Assembly: GCA_021780755.1 (NCBI GenBank)
Contig: JAJXYF010000008.1
Coordinates: 66,621 to 130,620, forward strand
Direction of reading: 5' to 3'
Length of the DNA: 64,000 nt
Source of the DNA: Deltaproteobacteria bacterium
GTDB lineage: Bacteria > Desulfobacterota > Binatia > Binatales > Binataceae
In this document: positions 1-9,690 of the stretch, piece after piece
Layout of the letters: each line of letters begins with the position of its first letter
Position numbering within the stretch: the stretch's first letter is position 1
Position numbers and translations under genes: made by a program
Notes under the pieces: generated by a model
What the model was told of the DNA's origin: nothing
Databases searched by the model: none
Seen by the model: only the letters and a program-made list of their open reading frames with translations

Positions 1-1077
1 GAACAGCTTTCAGAGGCGCCCAACGCGCGCGAGACCGACGTGCTGGTCTCGACCGGTGAGCAGGTGTCGGCGGCGCTGCTGGCGATTCGGCTGCAGGCGC
101 TTGGCTACTCGACGGTCTCGTTGCTCGGCCATCAACTGAAGATAAGGACCGATTCGTGCCACGGCGCGGCCAAGATCAAGGCGGTGGAGTCCGAGCGGAT
201 TCGGGATGCGCTCGCGGCGGGCAATATCGTGGTGGTGGCGGGATACCAGGGGGTTGACGGGGAGGACGATATTACTACGCTCGGGCGTGGCGCGTCGGAT
301 CTGACGGCGGTAGCGCTGGCGGCGGTGATGAAGGCGTCGGCGTGCGAAATCTATACGGACGTGGACGGGGTTTACACGGCCGACCCGCGGATTTGCCCTC
401 GGGCGCGGCGGCTGGACCGGATTTCTTACGATGAGATGCTGGAAATGGCGGGACTCGGCGCGAAGGTCCTGCAACTGCGATCGGTCGAGTTGGCGCGGCG
501 CTTCCACGTTCCGCTGGTGGTGCTCTCGAGCTTTGCGGATGAATCCGGCGGAACGTGGGTCGGGCAGGAGGACAAATCGATGGAGAACGTGCTCGTCTCA
601 GGTGTGACGCTCGATCAGAATCAGAGCAAGATCACGCTGACCGGGGTCGAGGATCGGCCGGGACTGGCGGCGCGAATTTTCGGGCCGATCGCGGACACCG
701 GAATCGTGGTTGATATGATTATTCAGAATGCGAGTGCGGACGGCCGCACCGACATGACGTTTACCGTGCCGCGGACGGACTTGCGGCGGGCGCTGGAAAT
801 CGTGCGGGGCGTGGTGGCCGAAATCGGTGCGGCGGGCGTGCGTCACGAGGACCAGGTCGCGAAGGTTTCGATTATCGGGGTGGGCATGCGCACGCATGCG
901 GGCGTCGCGGCGACGATGTTCAAGGTGCTGGCGGCCGAGGGCGTGAATATCGAGATGATCGCGACCTCGGAAATCAAAGTGTCGGTGGTGGTCAACGCGA
1001 AATACGGCGAGCTTGCGATGCGCGCCCTGCACGACGCATTCTTGGGCCTCGGGGCGAATGCGGCGGAGACGGAATAG
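1..1077 (+). CDS. lysC: aspartate kinase, 5'-partial (catalytic C-terminal part plus two ACT domains)
   Basis: Reading frame is open from base 1 with no stop upstream of 40. Translation contains aspartokinase motifs (LVSTGEQVSAALLA, GYQGVDGEDDITTLGRGASDLTA, EIYTDVDGVYTADPR) and C-terminal ACT repeats (TLTGVEDRPGLAARIF..., VSIIGVGMRTHAGVAATMFKVLAAEGVNIEM). Confidence 0.85.
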   Translation, partial: EQLSEAPNARETDVLVSTGEQVSAALLAIRLQALGYSTVSLLGHQLKIRTDSCHGAAKIKAVESERIRDALAAGNIVVVAGYQGVDGEDDITTLGRGASDLTAVALAAVMKASACEIYTDVDGVYTADPRICPRARRLDRISYDEMLEMAGLGAKVLQLRSVELARRFHVPLVVLSSFADESGGTWVGQEDKSMENVLVSGVTLDQNQSKITLTGVEDRPGLAARIFGPIADTGIVVDMIIQNASADGRTDMTFTVPRTDLRRALEIVRGVVAEIGAAGVRHEDQVAKVSIIGVGMRTHAGVAATMFKVLAAEGVNIEMIATSEIKVSVVVNAKYGELAMRALHDAFLGLGANAAETE

Positions 1078-1080
1078 CCA

Positions 1081-2760
1081 ATGGCGGTAGTGAAGAAAAT
1101 CCAGATCTACGACACCACGCTGCGCGACGGGTGCCAATCGGAGGATGTCTCGCTAACGACCGAGGACAAGCTGCAAATTGCCGAGCGGCTCGACGATTTG
1201 GGCATCGACTATATCGAGGGCGGATGGCCGGGGTCGAACCTGCGGGATGCGGCGTTTTTCAAGGAGATCAAGCGGCTCAAGTTGCATCACGCGAAGATCG
1301 CGGCGTTCGGGGCGACGCGGCGGGCGAATATCCGGGCGGCGGCGGACCGTAACCTGCAATTGATGTTGCAGGCGGACACGCCGGTGGCGACGGTCGTCGG
1401 CAAGACCTGGGATCTGCACGTGCGCGAGGCGCTGCGGATCTCGCTCGCGTCGAACCTCGAAATACTGAACGACACGATCGCGTACCTGAAGAAGCATTTC
1501 GACGAAGTGATTTTCGACGCGGAGCATTTTTTCGACGGCTACGCGAACAATCCTGAATATGCGATCGCGTGTATCAAGGCGGTGGACGACGCGGGCGTTG
1601 ACCTGGTGTGCCTGTGCGACACCAATGGCGGGCGGATGCCGTGGGAAATCGAGGACGCGACGCGGGCGGCAGCAGCGGCGCTGCGCGCACCGGTCGGCAT
1701 CCATTGCCATAACGATTCAGAAGTGGCGGTGGCGAACACACTGGCGGCGATTCGCAGCGGAGCGATCCAGGTGCAGGGGACGATCAACGGGCTGGGGGAG
1801 CGCTGCGGGAACGCGAATCTGGTTTCGATTATCGGGAATCTGCAGATCAAGCTCGGCTACAACTGCGTGCCGCAGGCCAAGCTGAAGACGTTGCAGGAAA
1901 CCTCGATGTTGGTGTACGAGCTGGCGAATATCACACCCAACCGGCGGCAGGCGTACGTCGGGCGCAGCGCCTTTGCGCATAAGGCGGGGCTGCATGTGTC
2001 GGGAATCCAGCGCAACGTGCATACATACGAACACGTCGATCCGGCGCTGGTCGGCAACGATCGGCGCGTGCTGCTCTCGGAGCTTTCGGGACGCGCGAAC
2101 ATTCTCTACAAGACGCGCGAATTCGGCATCGAATCGGACCTGACGCCGGAGCAGATCGAGGCGCTGCTCGACGAGCTCAAGCGGCTTGAGGCATTGGGCT
2201 ATACGTTCGACGGGGCCGACGCGTCGTTCGAACTGCTGATGCTGCGGACGCTCGGCCGCGTGAAGGACCATTTCAACTTCGTGAGCTTCCGCGTGTTCGA
2301 TGACAAGTGGCATGAGGAGCAGGCGCCGTTCAGCGAGGCGGTGATCGTAATCGAAGGGCCGGACGGACGGCGCACGCGCAACTCGGCGATCGGTAACGGG
2401 CCGGTCAACGCGCTCGATTCGGCGCTGCGCCAGGCGCTGGTACCGTACTATCCAGGGCTCGCCAGCATGCAGCTCGCCGATTACAAGGTGCGCGTGCTCG
2501 ACAATGGCGCGGGCACCGGAGCGCGTGTGCGCGTGCTGATCGAATCGACCGACGGGCGGCGCCGATGGGGCACGGTTGGACTGTCAAGCAACGTGGTCGA
2601 GGCGAGCTGGCAGGCGCTTGTGGATTCGGTGGAATACAAACTGCACAAGGATAACGTGAAGCCGCGCATCCGGCCGCAGGTCGAGAGCAACGGAAAGCGG
2701 CGCGCGGGGAAGTCGCGCGGGGCGGCGGAAAGTGCCGCCAACGGCGCCGCGAAGATTTGA
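1081..2760 (+). CDS. cimA: (R)-citramalate synthase / 2-isopropylmalate synthase family (LeuA/CimA long form with C-terminal regulatory domain)
   Basis: N-terminal HMGL-like TIM barrel (IYDTTLRDGCQSE, HCHNDSEVAVANTLAAIRSGA, GTINGLGERCGNANL) and LeuA-dimer-type C-terminal domain. Starts 3 nt after the lysC stop. The lysC-cimA adjacency is common in anaerobes. Confidence 0.75.
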   Translation: MAVVKKIQIYDTTLRDGCQSEDVSLTTEDKLQIAERLDDLGIDYIEGGWPGSNLRDAAFFKEIKRLKLHHAKIAAFGATRRANIRAAADRNLQLMLQADTPVATVVGKTWDLHVREALRISLASNLEILNDTIAYLKKHFDEVIFDAEHFFDGYANNPEYAIACIKAVDDAGVDLVCLCDTNGGRMPWEIEDATRAAAAALRAPVGIHCHNDSEVAVANTLAAIRSGAIQVQGTINGLGERCGNANLVSIIGNLQIKLGYNCVPQAKLKTLQETSMLVYELANITPNRRQAYVGRSAFAHKAGLHVSGIQRNVHTYEHVDPALVGNDRRVLLSELSGRANILYKTREFGIESDLTPEQIEALLDELKRLEALGYTFDGADASFELLMLRTLGRVKDHFNFVSFRVFDDKWHEEQAPFSEAVIVIEGPDGRRTRNSAIGNGPVNALDSALRQALVPYYPGLASMQLADYKVRVLDNGAGTGARVRVLIESTDGRRRWGTVGLSSNVVEASWQALVDSVEYKLHKDNVKPRIRPQVESNGKRRAGKSRGAAESAANGAAKI

Positions 2761-2796
2761 CAAAGCCGGGCCTGATCGATTCAGGAGGTAGCGGTG

Positions 2797-3510
2797 ATGG
2801 CCGCAATGAGCACGATTCGCGAAGATATCGACGCGGTCTTTCAGCACGATCCGGCGGCGCGTACGACGCTCGAAGTGGTGCTCGCATATCCCGGGCTCCA
2901 CGCCATCTGGATGTACCGCGGGGCGCATTGGCTGTGGCAACACAACCTGAAATTGCTGGGACGGCTGTTGAGCGAAGTTTCGCGCTGGATCACCGGCATC
3001 GAGATTCATCCGGGGGCGCGGATCGGGCGGCGGTTTTTCATCGATCATGGGATGGGCGTGGTGATTGGCGAGACCGCCGAGATCGGCGACGACGTGCTCA
3101 TCTACCAGGGCGTCACGCTTGGCGGCACCAGTCTCAAGAAGGAAAAGCGGCATCCGACGATCGAGGATTACGTTATGATCAGCGCGGGTGCGGCGGTGAT
3201 CGGACCGGTGACGATCGGACGCGGCAGCCGAATCGGCGCGGGCGCGGTGGTGGTGTCGTCGTCGCCGCCGTATTCGACGATCGTCGGCATCCCCGGGAAG
3301 ATCGTCGAGGGGGAGCGTCCGCGGGCGGATTTCGCGGACCTCGATCACGCGCGGCTGCCCGATCCGGTCGCTCGTGCGATGAGCAATCTGGTGGACAAAA
3401 TCAATCAGCTCAGTATCCGGCTCGAAGAGATGGAGGAGCGGCAGGACTGTCTCGAGGACAAGATTCCGGCGCCTGCGCCGCTGCCCAACGGCGCCGCGAA
3501 AGAAACTTGA
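2797..3510 (+). CDS. cysE: serine O-acetyltransferase
   Basis: SATase N-terminal helical domain followed by left-handed beta-helix hexapeptide repeats ([44 protein letters not shown]...). GTG at 2794 or ATG at 2797 are candidate starts. Confidence 0.85.
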   Translation: MAAMSTIREDIDAVFQHDPAARTTLEVVLAYPGLHAIWMYRGAHWLWQHNLKLLGRLLSEVSRWITGIEIHPGARIGRRFFIDHGMGVVIGETAEIGDDVLIYQGVTLGGTSLKKEKRHPTIEDYVMISAGAAVIGPVTIGRGSRIGAGAVVVSSSPPYSTIVGIPGKIVEGERPRADFADLDHARLPDPVARAMSNLVDKINQLSIRLEEMEERQDCLEDKIPAPAPLPNGAAKET

Positions 3511-3536
3511 GCGGCGAATCGAAATCGCGGTGTAGC

Positions 3537-4312
3537 TTAGAGGGTGATTTCGCCGCGCAGGTATTCGACGGTGTCGCCGGCGATGGTGACGCGATCGCCA
3601 AGCATCTCAACCCAAAGTTCGCCGCCGCGCGCCGATAACTGCCGCGCGCTCAGCGATGACTTTCCGAGCTTCACCGACCAGTAGGGCGTCAGCGTGCAAT
3701 GGGCGGAACCGGTGACGGGGTCTTCGGGAACCCCGGCCTTCGGTGCGAAAAAGCGCGAGACGAAATCGACCTGCTCGCCGGGCGCGGAGACGATGACGGC
3801 GAAGGCGTCGAGCATCGCGAGACGAGACATGTCGGGGCGCAGATCGCGAATCTGATCCTCGGAGTCGAAGATCGCGAGAACGTCGCGCGCGAGTAGGACC
3901 TCTCGCGGTCGTGCACCGAGCGCGGTGACCAGCGCGTCGTTTGTTTCGATCGGTTTGCCCGGGCGTGCCGGAAAATCCATCCGCAGGAGTCCCTTGTGGC
4001 GCGCAACGATGAGTTCACCGCTGCGCGTCGCGAAGCGAACCGAAGCCTGCCCGCAGCGGTAGGAATTCAGAATGACGTGAGCGGCGGCCAGAGTAGCGTG
4101 ACCGCACAGATCCATTTCGATCGCCGGCGTGAACCATCGCAAGGGCACGACTTCGGACTGCAAGGTCACGAAGGCGGTTTCCGAGAGATTGTTCTCCATC
4201 GCGACCGCCGCCATCACAGAGTCCGGCAGTGGTTGAGCACGACGACCGCCGCGGGATTACCGCGAAACAGGCCGCTGGTAAATGCGTCGATCTGGTAAAT
4301 TGGAAAGTTCAT
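3537..4312 (-). pseudogene. PhzF-family (phenazine biosynthesis-like) isomerase, split by an apparent single-nucleotide frameshift near 4214-4240
   Basis: ORF 4217..3537 encodes PhzF-like sequence (NLSETAFV ... DLCGHATLAAAHV ... PVTGSAHCTLTPYW) but lacks the canonical N-terminus. A 32-codon ORF from ATG 4312 in another frame encodes exactly that N-terminus (MNFPIYQIDAFTSGLFRGNPAAVVVLN) and stops at TGA 4216-4214. Shifting by one base restores LPDSVMAAVAMENNLSETAF. Confidence 0.55.
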
Positions 4313-4527
4313 GCGATGGCCTGCTGACGAAAGAAATTTGCGCCCGTCCATATTAGCCGAGGCCGCGCCTGACGTTCATCAGTTGCGGGGCAATCGGGCA
4401 TCAAGGCGCGCGGGCACCCGCCACGATTAGGTCGGGGGGACTATCGCGGGCCTGAAAATAACCGGCTTTTGCCGCAACAACAGGCAAGATAAGTTATAAC
4501 GCTTCAGGTAGAATCAACCAGAACAGG

Positions 4528-5697
4528 ATGCGAATTTATCTCGATCATAACGCGGGGTCGCCGATGCGGCCCGCGGTGCGCGACGCAATTGCGCGAGTCG
4601 GCGCTGCGGCGCACGGGAACCCCGCGTCGGTGCATCGATCGGGCCAGCATGCGCGGCGGGCGCTCGAGCAGGCGCGCGAGCAGGTAGCGGCGCTGATCGG
4701 GGCCTCGGCGCGCGCGATCGTCTTTACCAGTGGCGGCACGGAATCGAACAACCTGGCAATTTTTGGGGCGGCACGCGCGGCGGGCGGCGACCGGCGACGG
4801 ATTGTCACGTCGGCGATCGAGCATTCGTCGGTGATGGCGCCGATGGCTGATCTCGAAGCTCGCGGCTTTGAGGTAATTCGAATCGCGCCGGATCGCGACG
4901 GCCGCGTCAATCCGGAGAAGGTCGCGGCGGCGATCGATAACGGTGTCGCGCTGGTGACGATCGGGCTGGTCAACGCTGAGGTCGGGACGATCATGGACGT
5001 CGGGGCGGTCGCGCGAAAAGCGACGCGAGTGGGCGCGCTGTTTCATTTGGACGCGGCGCAGGCGGCGGGCCGAATCAAGCTGCGGGTCGAAGAACTGAGC
5101 TGCGATCTGATGACGGTGAGCGCGCACAAGATTGGCGGTCCGGCCGGTTGCGGAGCGCTGTTCGTGCGGCCGAGAGCGCGCGTCGCACCGAGCATGCTGG
5201 GCGGTCCGCAGGAGAGCGGGATGCGCGCGGGCACCCCGAATCTGATCGGAGCGATCGGTTTCGGGGTCGCGGCGGCTGAGGTGTCGGGCGCACTGGAGGA
5301 CGAACGCGCGCGAATCGCGGTGCTGGGCGACGCACTGCTGGAACATCTGAGCGCGGCGATTCCCGGCGTGCGTCTTAACGGCGCGCGCAATGGACGCGTC
5401 GCGAATACGCTTAACCTGACATTTCCCGGCGTGCTTGGTGAGAGCATGTTGATCGCGCTCGACCTTGAGGGCGTGGAAGTTTCGATGGGATCGGCCTGTG
5501 CGGCGGGAGCGGTGGAGCCGTCGCACGTGCTGACGGCGATGGGCCGCAGTGCGGCCGAGGCGCGCAGTTCGCTGCGTATCAGCGCGGGCTGGAGCACGAC
5601 CGCCAACGATATTGCGCACGCGGCGGAAATTATCCCGCGGGTGTGGCGGCGGGTGGCGGGCGCCGAGCCGGCCTTCGATGCCGAGGCCCTGCGATGA
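4528..5697 (+). CDS. cysteine desulfurase (IscS/NifS family class V aminotransferase)
   Basis: PLP-dependent fold motifs (TSGGTESNN, SAHKIGGPAGCGALFVR, catalytic-loop SMGSACAAG). Lies immediately upstream of mnmA, which uses its persulfide. Confidence 0.85.
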   Translation: MRIYLDHNAGSPMRPAVRDAIARVGAAAHGNPASVHRSGQHARRALEQAREQVAALIGASARAIVFTSGGTESNNLAIFGAARAAGGDRRRIVTSAIEHSSVMAPMADLEARGFEVIRIAPDRDGRVNPEKVAAAIDNGVALVTIGLVNAEVGTIMDVGAVARKATRVGALFHLDAAQAAGRIKLRVEELSCDLMTVSAHKIGGPAGCGALFVRPRARVAPSMLGGPQESGMRAGTPNLIGAIGFGVAAAEVSGALEDERARIAVLGDALLEHLSAAIPGVRLNGARNGRVANTLNLTFPGVLGESMLIALDLEGVEVSMGSACAAGAVEPSHVLTAMGRSAAEARSSLRISAGWSTTANDIAHAAEIIPRVWRRVAGAEPAFDAEALR

Positions 5698-6788
5698 GCG
5701 CGCGGGTGCTGGTGGCGATGTCGGGCGGGGTCGATAGCTCGGTCGCGGCGGCACTGCTGTGCGAGCAGGGCTACGAGGTCGTCGGTGTCGCGATGCGGCT
5801 CACGGCGGAAGCATCGCCGTCGAGTGCCGTGCGGCGCGCGACGTGCTGCTCGCATGAAGATTTCGAGGACGCGCGGCGAGTGGCCGAGCGGATGGATTTC
5901 CCATTTTACGTGATCGATCTGCGCGCCGACTTCGCGGCGCGGGTGGTGGGCAACTTCGTCTCCGAGTATCTCGGCGGGCGTACGCCGAATCCGTGCGTGA
6001 TGTGCAATCGCGAGATCAAGTTCGACCGCCTGTGGAGCCGCGCGCGCGCGCTGGAGGCGGACTTCGTTGCCACCGGCCATTATGCGCAAATCGAGCGCGA
6101 CGCGGGCGGCCGGTTCCATTTGCGGCGCGGGATCGACAGCACCAAGGACCAGTCGTACTTCCTGTTCACGCTCGGGCAGAGCGAACTCGCGCGCACGCTC
6201 TTTCCGCTCGGTGCGATGACAAAGAGCGAAGTTCGCGAGCGGGCGCGTGCCTTGGGACTTGCGAATGCCGACAAGCCGGAGAGCCAGGAAATATGTTTCG
6301 TGCCCGACGGCGACTACGCGAGTTTCGTCGAACGGGCGGTGGCGCCGGCGGAGATTCGCCGCGGGAGCGTGGTGACGGCGGACGGGCAGGCGCTGGCGAG
6401 TCACGGCGGAGTACATCGATTTACGGTGGGCCAGCGGCGCGGACTGGGAATCGCGGCGGGCACGCCGATGTACGTCAGTGAAATCCGCGCGGCGACTGGC
6501 GAGGTGGTGGTCGGCCCGCGCGATCAATTGAACGCGGCAGGGCTGGTCGCGGGGCAGGTGCGGATGGTCGATCCGGTGTGGTTCGAGAGTGGCGAGGTCA
6601 GGCTCGAAGTGAAGATTCGCTACCGCCATCCGGCGCTGCCGGCAAGGCTGAGGATGCTTACGGGCGAGCGCGCCGAGATTCGTTTCGAGCATGGTGGGCC
6701 GGCGGTGACGCCGGGACAGGCGTGCGTATTTTATCGCGGTGACGAAGTGCTGGGCGGCGGCTTTATCGAACGGGCGGTCGAGGCCTAG
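5694..6788 (+). CDS. mnmA: tRNA-specific 2-thiouridylase MnmA
   Basis: PP-loop SGGVDSS, catalytic CCSHEDFEDARRVAERMDFPFYVIDL, and CVMCNREIKF. ATG 5694 overlaps the upstream stop (ATGA). Confidence 0.85.
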   Translation: MSARVLVAMSGGVDSSVAAALLCEQGYEVVGVAMRLTAEASPSSAVRRATCCSHEDFEDARRVAERMDFPFYVIDLRADFAARVVGNFVSEYLGGRTPNPCVMCNREIKFDRLWSRARALEADFVATGHYAQIERDAGGRFHLRRGIDSTKDQSYFLFTLGQSELARTLFPLGAMTKSEVRERARALGLANADKPESQEICFVPDGDYASFVERAVAPAEIRRGSVVTADGQALASHGGVHRFTVGQRRGLGIAAGTPMYVSEIRAATGEVVVGPRDQLNAAGLVAGQVRMVDPVWFESGEVRLEVKIRYRHPALPARLRMLTGERAEIRFEHGGPAVTPGQACVFYRGDEVLGGGFIERAVEA

Positions 6789-6795
6789 GACGCCG

Positions 6796-8124
6796 ATGCG
6801 TTTCGCGATCGCCACGCTGGGCTGCAAGGTGAATCAATACGACTCGGCGATTATCGAGTCGCGGCTGGGCGCGCTCGGCATGGAGCGCGGCGAGTTCGAC
6901 GAGCCGGCCGACGTTTATATCGTCAACACGTGCACGGTGACCGACCGCGCGGACGCGGAAAGTCTGCGGCTGGCGCGGCGCGCGCGCCGCTTGAATCCTC
7001 ACGCGCGCGTGATCATGACGGGATGTCTGGCGCAGGCGAGTCCGGAAAAGCTGGCGGTTGCGGCGGAAGTCGATTCGATCGTGGGACTCGGGCGCGCGGG
7101 CGATCTCGAGCGGGCGGTGAACGGCGTCGCGCATGAGCGCGTGATGGTCTCGAACCTGCGCAAGGAGCGCGCCGCGATTGAACTCGCGCCGGTCGCGCTC
7201 GAGGGGCATACGCGGGCCTTTCTGAAACTGCAGGAGGGCTGCGATCAGTTCTGCACCTTTTGTATCGTGCCGATGTCGCGGGGGTTATCGCGCAGTGTGG
7301 AACCGCGCCGCGTGATGGACGCGATCGACGGAATGTACGAGCGGGGTTTCAAGGAAGTAATTCTGACGGGAGTGCATCTGGGGGGCTACGGAAAGGACCT
7401 GGAGCCGGCAATCGCGCTCGAAGAGTTGCTTGAGATGATCGCCGAGCGATCGCCGATCGGGCGAGTGCGGATAAGCTCGCTCGATCCGGAAGAGCTGAGC
7501 GATCGGATCATATCGATCGTCGCGCGGAGCGGAAAATTCTGTCCGCACTTCCATCTGCCGCTGCAGGCCGGAGAGGACGCGGTGCTCGCGCGGATGCGGC
7601 GCCGATACACGGTCGAGCATTATCGGGAACGGGTCGCGCGGATTCTCGAAGCGATGCCGGAGGCGGCGATTGGTACCGACCTGATCGTGGGGTTTCCGGG
7701 CGAGTCGTCGCGTCAGTTCGAGGAATGCTTTAAGTTTGTCGAGAGCCTGCCGCTGGCCTACTTCCACGTGTTTCCATACTCGGTACGGGCGGGCACGACG
7801 GCAGCGAAGTTTGGCGAGCAGGTGGCGGCGGGCGAGATCAAGCGGCGGGCGGCGGCGATGCGCGAACTGGGCGAGCGCAAGCGCGGTGAGTTTGCCCGGC
7901 GCATGGTTGGAACGAAACTTCGAGTGCTGCTTGAGGAACGGACGGCAGGGCGGCTCACGGGTTACAGCCGCAACTACGTTCGGGTGCTGACGGATGGGCC
8001 CGAGGAACTGACAAATTTTGAAGTCGAGGTGGAGGCATCGGTTGTTCAGGGTGCTGCAGTGGCTGGCCAGATTACTCGGACGTTCGACACGCCCCGCGGC
8101 GCCGCAACAGGCTACACGGCCTGA
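6796..8124 (+). CDS. MiaB-family radical-SAM tRNA methylthiotransferase (MtaB-like)
   Basis: N-terminal MTTase domain (FAIATLGCKVNQYDS ... VNTCTVT), radical SAM CxxxCxxC (EGCDQFCTFCIVP) and C-terminal TRAM-like region. Start chosen at the internal ATG that gives the canonical N-terminus. Confidence 0.75.
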   Translation: MRFAIATLGCKVNQYDSAIIESRLGALGMERGEFDEPADVYIVNTCTVTDRADAESLRLARRARRLNPHARVIMTGCLAQASPEKLAVAAEVDSIVGLGRAGDLERAVNGVAHERVMVSNLRKERAAIELAPVALEGHTRAFLKLQEGCDQFCTFCIVPMSRGLSRSVEPRRVMDAIDGMYERGFKEVILTGVHLGGYGKDLEPAIALEELLEMIAERSPIGRVRISSLDPEELSDRIISIVARSGKFCPHFHLPLQAGEDAVLARMRRRYTVEHYRERVARILEAMPEAAIGTDLIVGFPGESSRQFEECFKFVESLPLAYFHVFPYSVRAGTTAAKFGEQVAAGEIKRRAAAMRELGERKRGEFARRMVGTKLRVLLEERTAGRLTGYSRNYVRVLTDGPEELTNFEVEVEASVVQGAAVAGQITRTFDTPRGAATGYTA

Positions 8125-8806
8125 GAGTGATAGCGCGGGGCTGGCGCGAATCCTGGAATATACGTTCCAGCGGCCGGAATTACTGGAGACGGCGTTGACC
8201 CATCCGAGCGCCGTAACGGCGGGCGAACCCCATTACGAGCGACTCGAGTTCCTGGGCGATGCGGTGCTGGATCTGGCGATAGCGGACCTCTTGATGCGGC
8301 GCTTTCCGGAGGCCAAGGAAGGCTCGCTGTCGAAGGAGCGTGCGTCGATCGTCAACGGGCGGACGCTGGCGGTGAAGGCGATCGAGATTGGTCTCGGGCG
8401 CGAGATGCGGCTGGGCAAGGGCGAGGAGAAAAGCGGCGGGCGCGACAAGACGTCGATTCTCGCGGCGGCGTTCGAGGCGGTGATCGGCGCGATATATACC
8501 GATGGCGGACTGGATCCGGCGCGGCGGGTGGTCGAGCGGCTGTTCGTGGACGATATCGGCGGCCCGGCGGCGGAACGCGACTACAAGACGGAATTGCAGG
8601 AGATCGCGTATCGGCGATTTCGTTCGCAGCCGGTTTACGAACTGGTGTCGGCGCGGGGGCCCGATCATGCCAAGCGCTTCACCACCCGAATCCGGATCGC
8701 GGGACGCGAACTCGGAGTGGGCGAGGGCGGCAGCAAAAAGCAGAGCGAACAGGCGGCGGCACGTGCGGCGCTGGGCAGGATCGATCAGGATCGACTTGAG
8801 CAATAA
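8018..8806 (+). CDS. rnc: ribonuclease III
   Basis: RNase III signature ERLEFLGDAVLDLAIADLL plus C-terminal dsRBD (KTELQEIAYRR...GSKKQSEQAAARAAL). The ATG at 8018 gives a ~40-aa extension overlapping the upstream gene by 107 nt, so the real start may be internal/non-canonical near 8140. Confidence 0.8.
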   Translation: MKSRWRHRLFRVLQWLARLLGRSTRPAAPQQATRPESDSAGLARILEYTFQRPELLETALTHPSAVTAGEPHYERLEFLGDAVLDLAIADLLMRRFPEAKEGSLSKERASIVNGRTLAVKAIEIGLGREMRLGKGEEKSGGRDKTSILAAAFEAVIGAIYTDGGLDPARRVVERLFVDDIGGPAAERDYKTELQEIAYRRFRSQPVYELVSARGPDHAKRFTTRIRIAGRELGVGEGGSKKQSEQAAARAALGRIDQDRLEQ

Positions 8807-9689
8807 CATTCATCGTGCAGGCTTCGTGACGATCGCGGGGCAGACCAATGTTGGCAAATCGACGCTGCTCAACTGTCTGGTCGGCCAGAAGGTGGCGATC
8901 GTAACGCCGCGGCCGCAGACCACGCGCCGGCGCATCCTGGGAATTCGCAATGACGCGGACGCGCAAATGATCCTGATCGATACGCCGGGACTGCACGAGG
9001 CGCGTCGCGAGCTCAATCGCCATATGGTTCAGACGGCGCGCCGGTGCCTGACCGAGGGCGAAGTGATCGTCGCGGTGATCCCGGGAAACGCCAAGTTCAG
9101 CGCGGCGGATCGCGCGATGGTGGCCGAGTTGGCCGAATTGGGCCGGCCGGTAGTGATCGCGCTCAACAAAATCGATCTCTCGACGCGCGAGCGGATGATG
9201 CCGCTGGTGCAGGAGATTCACGACGCGATACCGGCGGCCGAGATAGTGCCGGTCAGCGCGCTCAAGGGCGAGAATGTTGACGAGCTGGTGCGCGTGATCA
9301 AGCCGCTGCTGCCGGAGAGTCCGGCGCTGATGCCGGGCGACGAGTACACTGATCAGACCGAGCGGATGATCGCGGAAGAGATCGTGCGCGAGAAGATTTT
9401 TTTGGCGATGCGCCAGGAAGTGCCGTTTTCGACCGCAGTGCAGGTCGAGCAATTCGTCGAGGAAACCGATCGCAACCTGGTGAAGATCGCGGCGCTGATA
9501 ATCGTCGAGCGCGAGTCGCACAAGGGGATGATCATCGGGGCAGGCGGGCGACAGCTCAAAGAAATCGGGACGGCTGCGCGGCTCGAACTCGAAGAGATCC
9601 TGGGGCGGCGCGTGTTCCTCGAAACGCGGGTCAAGGTCGAGCGTGGCTGGACGGGCGATCCGCGCAGGCTGAAGGAGATGGGCTTTTAG
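8796..9689 (+). CDS. era: GTPase Era
   Basis: G1 AGQTNVGKST, DTPG, NKID, and a C-terminal KH domain (VERESHKGMIIGAGG). Putative TTG start overlaps the rnc stop. A GTG at ~8829 is an alternative start. Confidence 0.85.
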   Translation: MSNNIHRAGFVTIAGQTNVGKSTLLNCLVGQKVAIVTPRPQTTRRRILGIRNDADAQMILIDTPGLHEARRELNRHMVQTARRCLTEGEVIVAVIPGNAKFSAADRAMVAELAELGRPVVIALNKIDLSTRERMMPLVQEIHDAIPAAEIVPVSALKGENVDELVRVIKPLLPESPALMPGDEYTDQTERMIAEEIVREKIFLAMRQEVPFSTAVQVEQFVEETDRNLVKIAALIIVERESHKGMIIGAGGRQLKEIGTAARLELEEILGRRVFLETRVKVERGWTGDPRRLKEMGF

Positions 9690-9690
9690 G

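Noticed and set aside
8018-8140. 107-nt overlap of rnc with the upstream methylthiotransferase gene, giving a 40-aa N-terminal extension (MKSRWRHRLFRVLQWLARLLGRSTRPAAPQQ...)
   Set aside because: The extension is Arg-rich and not RNase-III-like, so it is probably a start-site over-call. The real start is likely an internal or non-canonical codon near 8140. No separate feature was called.
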